64,000 bases of DNA, taken from NCBI GenBank assembly GCA_020184695.1, contig JAANOX010000128.1, positions 186,001 to 250,000 on the forward strand, given 5' to 3'. Shown in pieces: positions 10,701-19,900 of the stretch (positions are counted from its first letter, which is position 1; every line of letters starts with the position of its first letter). This DNA comes from Histomonas meleagridis 2922-C6/04-290x. Its lineage: Eukaryota; Protista; Parabasalia. A program made the translations under genes and the position numbers. The notes under the pieces are model-generated. The model did no database searches and was not told the origin of the DNA. It saw nothing but the letters and a program-made list of their open reading frames with translations.

Positions 10701-13700
10701 ACTTGATAAAATTCGTTTAAGAGTTAATTGTGTATCAGAAATATCATTAAATAAAGGCTCTAAATTGTCTAAAATTAAAGTTTCATCGGATTTATTTTGT
10801 GAATCAATTATAGGTAATTGTGTTGAATTCCATTTAATTTTTATATATTCGAAATCATTTAATAATTTCGATTCATTAATACAATCATTAGTAATAATTT
10901 TAATTGTTTCTTTTTGATTTAAAATACCGAATTTAATTAAATCAGAAATTGTAATTTGAGGATTATAATGATTTGTTTGATTACATTTATCGAATAAAAT
11001 ATTCCAATATTTTAAATTCATTTTACTATTTGAAAGATTTTCTAATTCATTTAAACTTAAATATATTTTATTAGTTTCATTTATTAATTCTTGATAAAGT
11101 TTATTATCATTTAATTGAATTTTCTCTAATTGATTATGCAAATCAATTACAATTTTCGAGAAGTTATTCATTGATATATTGGAAAATGGTATATTTTCTA
11201 TTTGATCTTTTAATTCTTTATAATCTTTGACTGATTGATATAATATTTGATTTAAGTTAATAAGATTTTGTAAGTTATAATATGAAGAAATATCAAATAA
11301 TTTTATCCCTAAAATTTCTTGATATGATTGTAATGTTAAAACTTCTGGTTTAAGATCTTCGATTTTCTTTTTAATTGATATAATTTGTGGTATAATTATA
11401 TCTGTTTTCGATGAATTAATTGTTGTTGGATATTCCGAAATAATATTTGAATATTTTTGTAACTTTTGTTCACTTTTTAACAATCGTTTTTGAAGTGTTA
11501 ATATAAATGTATCAGAATAAACAAATTTAATATTTTTCGCATCATTTATAGATTCTTTAAATATTTTAAATTTATCATGAAGGAAATTTTGTGAATCTGA
11601 AACAGATTTCGAGATTTGTATATTATTTTCATTAAAGAAATGATTAAGTTCATCAATTAAAGTAATTTCTTGTGATAAATATATTGTAATTTCATCAATA
11701 CCATTTAAAAAATTACAAAACGCTGCATAATCATCAAGTGTTATTGGGATCATTTTAATTTTTTTATTACAATAATCAAATATTTCTGTTAAAGTATTTG
11801 ATTTATCTTTTGTTAAATTAATTAATAAATCTTTTAGTTTTTGTATAGTGTTTTTAGGTATTGGTATTAAATGATTTCGTAATTCTTTAATATCGATAAA
11901 TAATGAATCATAAATAAAACATGAATGAAGTGTTTCAAGTTTCTTTTCATATTTCTTAAATCGTTGAATATCATTTTTAACCATTTGGAAATCAACATTT
12001 AATTGTTCACTTGGACAAAATATTATTTGGTTAACTATACCCTTATCATTTATCATATCGGATAAGTTATAAACTTTTTTATTATTTCCTTCACGTTTTT
12101 TTAGATATATATTTGAATTCCAATCTTTTTCAAGTTTATAAATTTTATAATATTTAGATAATGATTTACAAAATTGTTCTGCTTGATGATAAGAATTAGT
12201 TATTGAATCGATAATAATTTTTTCATATTTATTAATTTTTGTTTTATTTTTTATTAAGAAATTATATAAATTTTCATTATAATTATCATCAATTTCTTCA
12301 ATTATAAATTCTTGAGTTTTATTATTCGTTATTAGTTTTGGTAATTCTGATATGATTAAAAATGTCTTTTTTAATGTAGTTTTAACATCATCAATTAAAG
12401 TCTCAAGATTTGGAGTATATTTTGGATTCCCATTTTCATCAAACCAAACTTCTATTTTAAATATTGATGATTGATCTTGAATTATATTATTTGAAGCGAT
12501 TTTTAAACAACTTGTACAAACTTTTATTAATTCTTCTTGTAAGATATAATCAATTAATCGAATATAATGTCCAATAGATTTTAATTCATTATCAACCATT
12601 TGAATTCTTCTTTCTTTTTCTTTTTCGATTTTTTGTTCAAGAATAATTAATTGTTCAATGTTTGGATTCTTTCTTTTTATTTCATGGAATTCATTATCAT
12701 TTACTATTAATCGTTTTGGATCTTTAATTTCATTTATAAATTTCAAAATTAAATTTACAATTTCATCAATGAATTTTCCATATTTTTCTCTTAAAAGTTT
12801 TTCATTAATGTTTATTGTGTTACGAAATTCTTCAATGGAATACTTCTTTTGTGGAATATAAAACACTAAATATTCTTTAATCATTTGTACTTGTTCTAAT
12901 TTTAATGGAATTTTCGATAAATATGAAAAAAAATTGGAATTATTAAAATATGGATTGATATAAATCTTTTCACGTATTTGTTGATATCGTCGTTGCATAA
13001 CATAATTCCTTAATAAACGAAATGGTTTCCAATAATAATAAAGTGAAAATGTTCGGAGTTTTCGAATGGATTCAAAAATTGATGATTCTTTTACCCATGT
13101 TTCAAGTGAAATTTGTTCGGTATTGCCATCTGGTTGTATACGTGTAATACCATTGGCTGACATAGTGAAATATTCTGGATTTATCTCTTGATATGTGACT
13201 TTCTTAAGTTCATATGGTGAAAAATGGGGATCTGATTGATCCATGGAATAATTTAAATATATAAATGGATGACCAGATCCATCTTTTCGTTTGGAATAAT
13301 ATGCAATAGGATCTTCTGAAAATGATATGGTGGATAAATCATCTTTTTCTTGAATTTGTTGCATTTTAGAAACCCCAATAGGATGTGGTATTAATTGGGA
13401 TTTATGATGGCGTGTTATAGGAGTAGGCTGACGATTGGTTTTATTTGAAATTGGCTGCGTTATTATTTTTGTCTTATTTCGTATCGCTAAAAGACTGGGA
13501 TTTTGTGTTTTAAGGAGATCATCTGGTTTCTTATTCGAAGGGTTTCCTAGTTCATATTCATTGCAAATAGAATCAATTTTTGTTGTATTAAATAGTTTTC
13601 CTGATTTATATGATTCTTTAATAGATGTTTTTATAGGCCTTCTAATAGTTGTTTTTAAGTGCTTTGGAATACTAATATCATCATTTTCATTGTTTTTCAT
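1797..13700 (-). CDS. Divergent dynein heavy chain-like protein (3967 aa)
   Basis: Linker motif RNSFPRFFYLSNEELINMFS; four P-loop-like motifs (GDSNSGKK, GPINSGKS, GPRNSGKT, GQTSIGKY); coiled-coil stalk with MTBD-like segment; AAA5 motif RTPLIIDPDG; C-terminal LDGLYIVGANWD and CPIY. Confidence 0.85.
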   Translation of the reverse strand: MKNNENDDISIPKHLKTTIRRPIKTSIKESYKSGKLFNTTKIDSICNEYELGNPSNKKPDDLLKTQNPSLLAIRNKTKIITQPISNKTNRQPTPITRHHKSQLIPHPIGVSKMQQIQEKDDLSTISFSEDPIAYYSKRKDGSGHPFIYLNYSMDQSDPHFSPYELKKVTYQEINPEYFTMSANGITRIQPDGNTEQISLETWVKESSIFESIRKLRTFSLYYYWKPFRLLRNYVMQRRYQQIREKIYINPYFNNSNFFSYLSKIPLKLEQVQMIKEYLVFYIPQKKYSIEEFRNTININEKLLREKYGKFIDEIVNLILKFINEIKDPKRLIVNDNEFHEIKRKNPNIEQLIILEQKIEKEKERRIQMVDNELKSIGHYIRLIDYILQEELIKVCTSCLKIASNNIIQDQSSIFKIEVWFDENGNPKYTPNLETLIDDVKTTLKKTFLIISELPKLITNNKTQEFIIEEIDDNYNENLYNFLIKNKTKINKYEKIIIDSITNSYHQAEQFCKSLSKYYKIYKLEKDWNSNIYLKKREGNNKKVYNLSDMINDKGIVNQIIFCPSEQLNVDFQMVKNDIQRFKKYEKKLETLHSCFIYDSLFIDIKELRNHLIPIPKNTIQKLKDLLINLTKDKSNTLTEIFDYCNKKIKMIPITLDDYAAFCNFLNGIDEITIYLSQEITLIDELNHFFNENNIQISKSVSDSQNFLHDKFKIFKESINDAKNIKFVYSDTFILTLQKRLLKSEQKLQKYSNIISEYPTTINSSKTDIIIPQIISIKKKIEDLKPEVLTLQSYQEILGIKLFDISSYYNLQNLINLNQILYQSVKDYKELKDQIENIPFSNISMNNFSKIVIDLHNQLEKIQLNDNKLYQELINETNKIYLSLNELENLSNSKMNLKYWNILFDKCNQTNHYNPQITISDLIKFGILNQKETIKIITNDCINESKLLNDFEYIKIKWNSTQLPIIDSQNKSDETLILDNLEPLFNDISDTQLTLKRILSSPYSKEIESEILNISSSLEYYAKVLEAWKTFQSNWLILSSFFSQEKVKIILESQTKEILLIKRYWISLIKHTNENKTLKHVCSYPSLLEVLQENNKIVEKILNSSMKILDEKRNSFPRFFYLSNEELINMFSTSDFSILVEHLRKIFMYIKNFDYQSPYVLLYLSNTQDFQRYKIYGMIGNSTDSLTFPDPIHCRGPIEKWTNLIIETMQSSLRYEIFTSINSYEKDSLNDWVLKTPIYIIMLTLQIVFTNDVEECFNNHENPHSFDNYEKKLLKNIENIINLTDSQLSSIELQKLSIIIIIFQNQIKIIKSLNEKKSLLKWKECLKLRFNKQTKQLFIDINENVIEHGYEYWGKSILYIQTTDKFINNISKSIIDKDICYLIGDSNSGKKHLITYLASIFGRFIFSIPSFNDNNIINLKRLILGTIQTGNWLIFHNIHQYDKKTLSYLHNILREYQHVKSLNIKEWNYENQKCKFDQNSNIFITSNKTFLNNEKIPSYLHTYLKPIAINIPNLKTFIEIKLNSLGFKSNKQISNKLNNFIKSLLKIFQNLQIKSKFISMLNIIDEAHEILRISLRDNCLSFLNNNNKLKEEFVIARSCYYYYKDLISELEIELFFKVLYINFQIFDDYEQFKSFIVKKDLFDNLNQEKIISEIILMNYNKKYNKNLLNYLIDKVIQLHHLIQKYNCIIIYGPINSGKSLIVEMYLNVIQNILNNNEYKNQFPELLPIKIQDFYYLTEKWKRIFGELKKNSNDYVWLSGQFHSYLNNLLYNNSLNHNILRFQGKLTKKFINFISQMINSDDSLIFRTNLMDTIFCNKNFHLIFETTSIENFTPSCFHRFGILAMNNLQIDRTQLMFSIKYPENIFERVINEMNINDQKLIKILSKLFEKIYLEIVDFIFHIPNFLCYFESNIKIGNGEYILADHLPYLSLKYTLYYIQEENVIDDIYDKKQLKIILLLSFFINYSGVIYSKSTHVSTFESWMCKSFLIEIPSDWTMFSVPDHYWDIFPRPSLSSLRFYKGKLIPYESNQLNEKPIITGSLPNDITICTAQFLPILFQTKILIKNNQNFIIHGPRNSGKTSLLKYILQNVNDIIPIIIPVNQNSTGKSLQSFISLHTKIITNKFVISLEEEKTFCLIFDNVPVNNIHAIEFIRMLIATKKLITFSRKDSKFISFSNIHKFFVIVITETIKNFPTNFLKHFNIIQLSSPNKKIKNYIIKNIALHFNISNLLINSICSFIDKFSNDNFYNFHILDVLSILENKNCVNEEDITNSFYMFLYEIKFLCYNNMKNKTFKEEVETFLKLLFKDHKLTKSNEFIYPMIEIKTDFTCNAILQKEKFENVQQNLQEELQNINKTKSQTKIILNLTKPIIEECFLILRALTYPFGNIILEGQTSIGKYTLTNFISLLKNYRFILINPKNQLKNIPKKNYYRKFLSSALLDCIYMYKPTVIFFRYSKETKKDFIYLESLFNNYNFNKFFNKEELNDLYNKISKIKNIDFDNKLLIYNEICLILKYYLHFVISIDDDNTFDYNLLPSYYRFKLLNDSIDFYENSSNDIIHFKQYELIQNLIPNNLYELISKIHQIIIQRFPIIKTNHFYDFVHYFMNFIIKNSEKLKNDQIKFKNSLLFIDKIKTEINEINEKISSIKTILQTFNQDDKLLKQNFLEQKEEITTKISKIEDEERQKTVETKKLGDDINQLQQELINYKTNINHYYKIIEDNKDKILFDLKEYSNESTIKTIMNMYSIFIFHNSRYEIFGKRLLKDPNFINLISKIDLESFDSEFITKAKPIFNHSQNLTFENSSIEILFNWIDNAYRYISLNEKIKEKTKDYEDKMVNLQDFLNDSLNEKTLLTNHSNDLDKEYELFQNSIKKRNELEQEKTIFESRKRKFDIIFKGLDSLYLKWKFDLEEIERNINNIIGNSLIVSIFLAYFGIMSKNEQNEIFELIFQEFNKYKININVNDPLHFISTELKLNNELIDSNYYINDSIKLIYKLITNVKRTPLIIDPDGIIFSLIKNAEKDLIVTSILSNDLNKIIFECTKYGKTLILFDVDKLTYEVELILQINESKKVSNLISMKKVYLFTNVFDINKIPINLSSRTIIINSTYFTLSSIKKQIQKCFFDYFEPELIPRYISSLKNEIVHINQINLYENETLNIISNIIKEYENNQNFDFINSSNDKIIDQLLQSKESYFATNNISSNLSIIKSEIKMNKNIFKNEIQLCISFWESLTRFMYKINSNDIYSLNLFLKSIKNSINSSGFHQNILNEGQHVILNSLLIQNITKSFLSMITFKESFCFLFITGFLLKISQNKIKRNEFDLILKHINEEYNNKIDFHGIDFNSNDYLNQLKFTNVLNVFNFIYNFVIETFGNEFIKNLSYFKIESFNITNSKTPILIKIKGKRDPTNLLDHYINMRNKWDSTISFSLINDYEHISSIENVIKESIKNDKIIIFHYTKSNIKISSLIYNIFNEYQNDSTTTSKLILLCNTTKGLSKEFLLKCEQFNYEDFPSIKTQLLEFYQHHYSYIQSSSNPKLMKKLTFCISLIYSLLNYRNFIKPIGFYDLINIDEIQLKNLMLKIKDLFDSINSNDVQIRNISDFIYEKYFGCSNINHYDLKKIKLYINSFVNNGISEDEFSLVNNSSDEFDIWKLSNDFQLNNLDRIPLFPKCDILQMNKYISIPFLYWNLSRWISQPFKLLYKVNNDINIIKVNQKIQNILKNKLPNILVITKDKFITPIQLFFYDEIILLNNIITFIRKQLINLLNSKEDERIFKNILKNSIPFEWCNIIKYFGTKKLSEFLKYLKEKEDLLMNWDRNKLIPSSINIKLISSLESLLISYLNEIAIQRKLLIENLNYKFFFDGDKNDIKGGIVLDGLYIVGANWDLNANKIIQPNAKTLPISKLPKCKFVIMEKVTKELNTFNCPIYRTLILNDVKYENIKDTNLQWHIPLKADVNEQQLIANGVEIVCQVPDYF

Positions 13701-13982
13701 ACAAGAAATAAACCCAAAATCAATTTTTTTCCAAACGTTCTTCTTATATAACGGATTTTTAATGGGGTGTCCCTAAACCCAAATTAATCTTTTTTGGAGT
13801 CATTTCTTTTGTGGAAAATAAAATCTTTGAATATCGATAAACATAAAAATATAATATTAAAGATAACAAAACGCAAAATTTCAGTGTTACAAATGAAAGG
13901 TAACATTGATATCATTTTACTCAAGTATAATTTATAGAAATAAGAAAATGCATTTCTATAAACAAAGTAATAATATTATTGT

Positions 13983-14390
13983 TTACTTCTTTTTGCAGCC
14001 ACCAGTAACGATTGCAACAATGATCATAACAACACCAATGATCATTTGCATTGATCCTGCAGCAATTCCAAGATCAGCTGCAACACCTAAAGTTGCAATA
14101 CCATTAAGTGCATAGTATACACCTCGGAGAATTGGTGAATCGACAAAACTAAAGTATTTTGGAACAAAGATAAGACCAAGTTCTGCGATTGCAAATACTA
14201 AGTTAATTAATCCAAAACAAAGATAAGAATATGAGACATAGTAAAGTACGTTTCTATTTGATTTTGGTTTCCATCCTGCTTTGACTGTACCGCCAGTTTC
14301 AAAGACGCAAAAGTATGCTGCACCTGCAATAACCTCAATGCAAAAGGCTAATATGGATATTACTGTTTGGATAGAAAATTGGAACCCCAT
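13983..14390 (-). CDS. Small multi-pass membrane protein, COPI-associated/TVP15-like
   Basis: 135 aa, 3-4 hydrophobic segments, FVDSPILRGVYY resembles the family FL...GRG.FY motif; lysine-rich C-terminus. Confidence 0.6.
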   Translation of the reverse strand: MGFQFSIQTVISILAFCIEVIAGAAYFCVFETGGTVKAGWKPKSNRNVLYYVSYSYLCFGLINLVFAIAELGLIFVPKYFSFVDSPILRGVYYALNGIATLGVAADLGIAAGSMQMIIGVVMIIVAIVTGGCKKK

Positions 14391-14797
14391 TAATAAATAA
14401 TAAATTCGTTATTATTTTTTCTGAAAAATACGTTTTTTCGCAAAAGTGCCGAAAAATTCAAGGAATTTGAACAAACTCGTGCACGATATCATCCGCTTTT
14501 CTTGTTGATTTCACAAATTGTCTTGAAATTCAATATATAAAGTAAAGCAATTAATCGCGAGACTATTTTTATTTTATATATAATTGTATTATTATGGGTT
14601 AAAATATTTTCTTCCGAAATCTTAAACTCATTCTAGAATTTTCTAGAAAAAGATTATTTCATAATTTAAACTTTGGTTGATGATTATATTTATTTGTTGA
14701 TTTTACTAAATGTATCATTCGTTAATTTGATATTTACATAATATTCCTTTTTTTATGTTGACCAAAATGTATAAAACCAAATTAAGTTCAATAAAAA

Positions 14798-16291
14798 ATG
14801 AATGAAGATGATCATAGAATTTCGATTCAACTTCCATTAAATCGTGGAGAATCATTCACAGTTAGATCAAATAAAGTGACATTAAAAGATAAAAATTTAA
14901 GAACAAGAATTTCAAGAACAAATTCAAAAAAATCATGTAAGTTGCTAAATATGAATCTAAAGCCGATGCCTAAAGAAAATCCAGAGGAATATACAGTAAA
15001 TAATTTAAGCTTATTAAAGACATTCTATATAAATCTTTCGTTAAATGAAGAAGAAATTAATTTAGCAAATAATATTAACAAAAATTTATATAAAGATCCA
15101 AAAGAGTTTAAAATGAATGAGAATGAAGAAGTCGAATGTGCTTCATACTCTCAACTAGTTTTATATCTTACTAATCCAGAATCAAAAGTCATTTTTCAAA
15201 AGCAATTTTTATTTTCATTTACATGTTTTTCAAATCCTCCTTTACTTCTTGCAATGGTTATTACAAGATATTTTGCAAATACTGAAAGTATTTCAAGTGA
15301 AGAACTTTTAGAGCAAATAAGAAATAGAATTGTTCGTATATTATGTTCATGGATTAAAATGGCGTCAAGTCAATTTACTTTATCAATGATGGAGGTACTT
15401 CAAAAATTTCTTCTTGTTTTAGAGGAACCGAATATAGCTCAAACACAACAATCGAGTCAATATTTAATTTTAAAAAAAGAAGTTGATAAATTAAAAAACG
15501 GAACCATTCGAATTCGGGAAAAATCACAACAATTAATTCCTCCCATCCTTCCAAATATTCCAAAAGATAAAAGGGATTCATTTAATTGTTTTGCTCCTGA
15601 AGAAGTTGCAAGACAATTTACTTTAATTCATCTTAAAATTTTTCAACAGATTGAACCTTATGAATTATTAGAAGGAATTTGGAGTAATAAATGTATTCAA
15701 CATATTCAAGAATTAATTAAATATTTTAATTCTTTTTCTGGTTATGTTTCTTTATCTATAATTTGTGGTGAAACACCAAAAGATCGATCGAAAATGTTTA
15801 AATTTTGGATTGATGTTTGTACAGAGTTTGAAAAATTACAAAATTTTCATGGAATGTTTTCAATTATTTGTGGTCTTCAACATAAATCTGTTACACGTCT
15901 TACAAAGACAGTTAAAATAATAACAAATAATAAAAATGAAAGAAAAGCAAATTTTGAAAGGATGTTAGAAAAATGTGATCTTTCGAATGATTATAGTAAA
16001 TATAGAGAAATTATTTCAAATGCTGTTGAACCGTGTGTTCCTTTTATTGGGTGTTTCCAAAAAGATCTTGTTTATATTCAAGAAACATATCCAAGTAAAA
16101 TTGATGGGTTAATTAACTTCAAAAAATGTATTGCTAGTTATGCTTTACTAAAAATAATACAAAAATTTCAGAAAAGTGTATATAATTTCACAATAGTTCC
16201 AGAACTTCAAAATTTAATTGAAGAGCTACCAGAACCATCAGAGAGCGTTGATTTAATGAAATTATCAATTGCTAAAGAAAAAAAGAAATAA
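14798..16291 (+). CDS. RasGEF (REM + CDC25 domain)
   Basis: QFLFSFTCFSNP (REM), EVARQFTLIH, NFHGMFSIICGLQHKSVTRLTKT, PCVPFIGCFQKDLVYIQE. Confidence 0.92.
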   Translation: MNEDDHRISIQLPLNRGESFTVRSNKVTLKDKNLRTRISRTNSKKSCKLLNMNLKPMPKENPEEYTVNNLSLLKTFYINLSLNEEEINLANNINKNLYKDPKEFKMNENEEVECASYSQLVLYLTNPESKVIFQKQFLFSFTCFSNPPLLLAMVITRYFANTESISSEELLEQIRNRIVRILCSWIKMASSQFTLSMMEVLQKFLLVLEEPNIAQTQQSSQYLILKKEVDKLKNGTIRIREKSQQLIPPILPNIPKDKRDSFNCFAPEEVARQFTLIHLKIFQQIEPYELLEGIWSNKCIQHIQELIKYFNSFSGYVSLSIICGETPKDRSKMFKFWIDVCTEFEKLQNFHGMFSIICGLQHKSVTRLTKTVKIITNNKNERKANFERMLEKCDLSNDYSKYREIISNAVEPCVPFIGCFQKDLVYIQETYPSKIDGLINFKKCIASYALLKIIQKFQKSVYNFTIVPELQNLIEELPEPSESVDLMKLSIAKEKKK

Positions 16292-16716
16292 AACTTTAAT
16301 TATTAAATATGAATTTACTTGTTACATGTTTTTCCATCGCTAAAAAAAATTAATAAAAAAGTCCACTTACAAGACTTATCATATTGTGGGGAAAATTTGA
16401 TCCATGAAACATATTTTCAATTGCATTATTAACTTAGCTAAAGTGAATGGTGCATCTTAAGAGGTTCGACAAGTAATTACTCAGAGTTGTGTTGTATTTG
16501 TGAAAATATCGATATTCTTGAGTTAACACATTCTAATTTTTAATATAAAATGAATATAAAGTAATATAAATAATGAAAAAGAGTAATCAATCATAATAAA
16601 CACGACTTTTTACAACACAATTTTGAAAAGATGCATATTATACTCAAAAACGATCATTTTTTTTAAAATCTTGAATATAAAGATTTACTATATAAAACGG
16701 AAAATGGCCAACATGA

Positions 16717-16922
16717 TGTGAAAATGGTATAGATGAATTTATGTTTAATTTTTAAATTTATGTTTATGTTTGTCGCAACTAATAGTTATTGTTGTGATGA
16801 ATACAGAATTCCATTACATTGTGAAAATGTTATATACGAATTTATGTTTAATCTTTCAATTTATGTTTACGTTTTTCGCAACTAATAGCTATTGTCGTGA
16901 TGAACACAGAATTCCATTACAT
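16717..16922. repeat. Two-copy tandem duplication, ~103-bp unit, intergenic
   Basis: tgtgaaaatg...cgcaactaatag...gtgatgaa.acagaattccattacat occurs from 16717 and again from 16820. Confidence 0.85.
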
Positions 16923-16942
16923 CCAATTTATTAAATATATTA

Positions 16943-19900
16943 TCAGTTTTGTCTTGTTGCTTCTTTCCATCTTCGCATATTATCGAGCAGCTGCTGTCTC
17001 AACACGTCTGTTGCCTTCCATTTCGACGCCGCTATTTCGATCAGTGGCATTACGTATTTCTCTGCGAACCTCAACTCGGAGACTTCTATTTTCTCGTCCA
17101 AATTGTTCTGCATGTTTTTTGTTGGCATTATTCCGTATTTAATTTTCTCTTCTTGCATCAGTTGTTTCATTTCCTTTCGTAACAGCATTGCGTTTTTCAT
17201 TGCTATGTTATAAGGCCTTGCGACGTTTGATAAGTTTGCGATTTTAATGAATAATCGCATTAAGTTCATATTACTATGGTCACCGCTTTTCCACAATTGT
17301 ACGAAGTCATCTTGTTTATATATACCTGCGCTTAATATCAATTGGATGAACACGTTCCAAAACTTTTGTTTCTCTGCTTGATTAAAGTTTTCGATGAAAC
17401 ACATTTTCTTATTAGTTAATATTTGTATTGTATATTTCGCATACGCCGTTTCTTTTGCTGATTGATTCTTGAATAATATGTTTAATGGTAATTGCGATAA
17501 TGATATTGATCCTTCATTTTCATCATCGACGCCAAGGTTATGCATTAACGAAGCTAAAAGTAACGCAAATAATTCGATGTCATCTAAGTTTCGATCTTCT
17601 TTCGTCATTTTCAGTAAACAGAAAACAGATTGGATCGTGTCGAATGAATGATGAAAGTTATGATATGGTAAATCACTTGAAATGGCTTGTAACAACATAA
17701 TCAATTGATAAAAAACTATTTGCGAAATCTTCAGCTTTTCCAATAAGTTAAAATATGTAAAACAATATAACACTAATTGTAAAATTCGATCTGAACGTGT
17801 AATACGTGTATCGACTGATGGGTTCTGCATAAAAAGTTCTTCTTCTTCATAGATTTGAACTTTCTTTTGACTCGCAATGATTTGTTCCGATTTACTATTA
17901 AATAAATCAAAGATGGAAGTGGATTGGACATTGGTATGTAATAACGCTTTGGAGATAGCAAACCCTGCAAATGATGCCATTGCAGTCACTACTTTCTCAT
18001 CGTCTTCCGAAAAAACTACGCCATCATAGCCAGGGATTTTGTTGATTAACATAACAACGCCAATCGATGAGCCTTCTTTGGGATCAATTATAGGTGCGGC
18101 TAAAAGATTATGTGTAACAAAACTCGGAGTATGTTGATCTAATGATGGATCCCAACGCATATCTTTCGTGACGTCATGAATGTTGATGATTTTCTTTTCA
18201 TTTACAACTTCTTTAAAGATTCCAACATTAGATGATAATTTATCACGTGAAATTAAGCCAGCACTTCTTAAGCGTGTTCGATCTGATTCAATTAAAAAAA
18301 CTACACAACGTTCGGAATTAATTAATGCAATACCACTCTCGGCTATATGCTCCATGATAAGTGGTAATGATTGTTCACGTGACATAGACATTGTTAGATT
18401 TAAAAGTTCTTCAACTCTATCTTTCATTGTGTTTGTATCATCAAATAAATTTGCATTTGATAATGCAATCCCACAAAATACATTAAAGGCTTTCATTAAG
18501 TCTATATCGTTTGCTGTAAAAACTCCTTCTTTTCCTTGTTTGTTTATCATTTGAGTTACACCAATAATAGTTTCAGCTCTACCTATAATTGGCAAACATA
18601 AAATTGATTTAGTCCTATAACCTGTTGATTGATCGACTTCATTATTAAATCTAGAGTCTTGATAAGCATCTTGAATATTTAAAAGTTGTCCTGTAGTAGC
18701 TACATGTCCTGCTATACCTTGTGAAATCGGTAATACAATTGAACGTGAAGTTCCATATGCCACTTTTGATAATAAATATTCTCTTTTTCTATCTGTTATA
18801 AACAACGAGCACCTATCGGCCGAAACTAAACTTCTCGATCTCGTCATAATCATTTCAAAAAGTTGGTCCTTGTCTATAACCGATGACAAAGATTCTGCGG
18901 TTGTAAGTAATTCTATATAATGATCCTGAGCCGTTAAAACACGTTTTAAATTTAATACTTCACTTCTATATCTTTGGAAATTAGAGAAAGTTCGAGCTGT
19001 CACTGCTGACAAACTTCCTAAAAGGATAGCGTCATGTTGATTAAATATTGTACTCCCACGTTTTCCTCTACATATAGCTACACCGAAAATTTCATGATTT
19101 GGTGAACTTTCATTTATCATTGGAGCAGCTATAACAGATCTGGATCGATATTCATCATCAAGTACCTTATTAAAGTGTGGATGTTCAGAAGCTATAGCGA
19201 TATTAACGATTTCACCTTCTTGTGCAACAAATGATGCAATTCCTCCTTGTCGAAGTGGAACTCTATGCTTTTTCCCACTTCCTCCTGCATAAAACTCTAA
19301 AACTCCATGTTGCCAGTCGACGAAAAATATTTGTGCGACTTCACAATTAAGAGCTGATTTCAAAGATTGACAAGCATTCGATATTAATGACCTTTGCTTA
19401 AGCTCATTACCTGTTGCGGAATATACTATCGCAAGGATTGAGCGGATTTTTGATGCACTAATTTTTAATGTTGCTAAAAGTGGCGGAAGTTTTGTTTCTA
19501 AATGATCTAATAATAAGTTATCAAACTCAGTCCAAATGGTTCGTGATGAAATTGATACTATGGCTATAAGTTGATGTGTAAGTGGGTCTAAAAGAGGTAA
19601 ACAAACAACACATACTGATGATTCAAAAAATGCTGAATCGGTTTCTGAATTATACCAATCACTTTCTTTCGGATTGGAGATAATTCGTCGCTTCATATTT
19701 TGGGCTGTTTTACCAACAATTCCGGTATTTGGTTCAACACGAGTTTTTTGTGTGGGTGAATATAAGATGTGCGCTGTTGGAATATTAAGCCAAATTGTAA
19801 TCTTACGTTGATTAAAGGCTGTAGATAAACTTGTTTCTAATTCGAAAATATCAATATCAACATTTTGTAAATGACCCATTGTGGAACAAAGTGAATCAAT

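Noticed and set aside
16897-18554. Several plus-strand ORFs inside the PDE gene (and similar ones inside dynein, Rab5, HAD, IBD and other genes)
   Set aside because: Antisense or alternative-frame shadows of well-supported CDSs.
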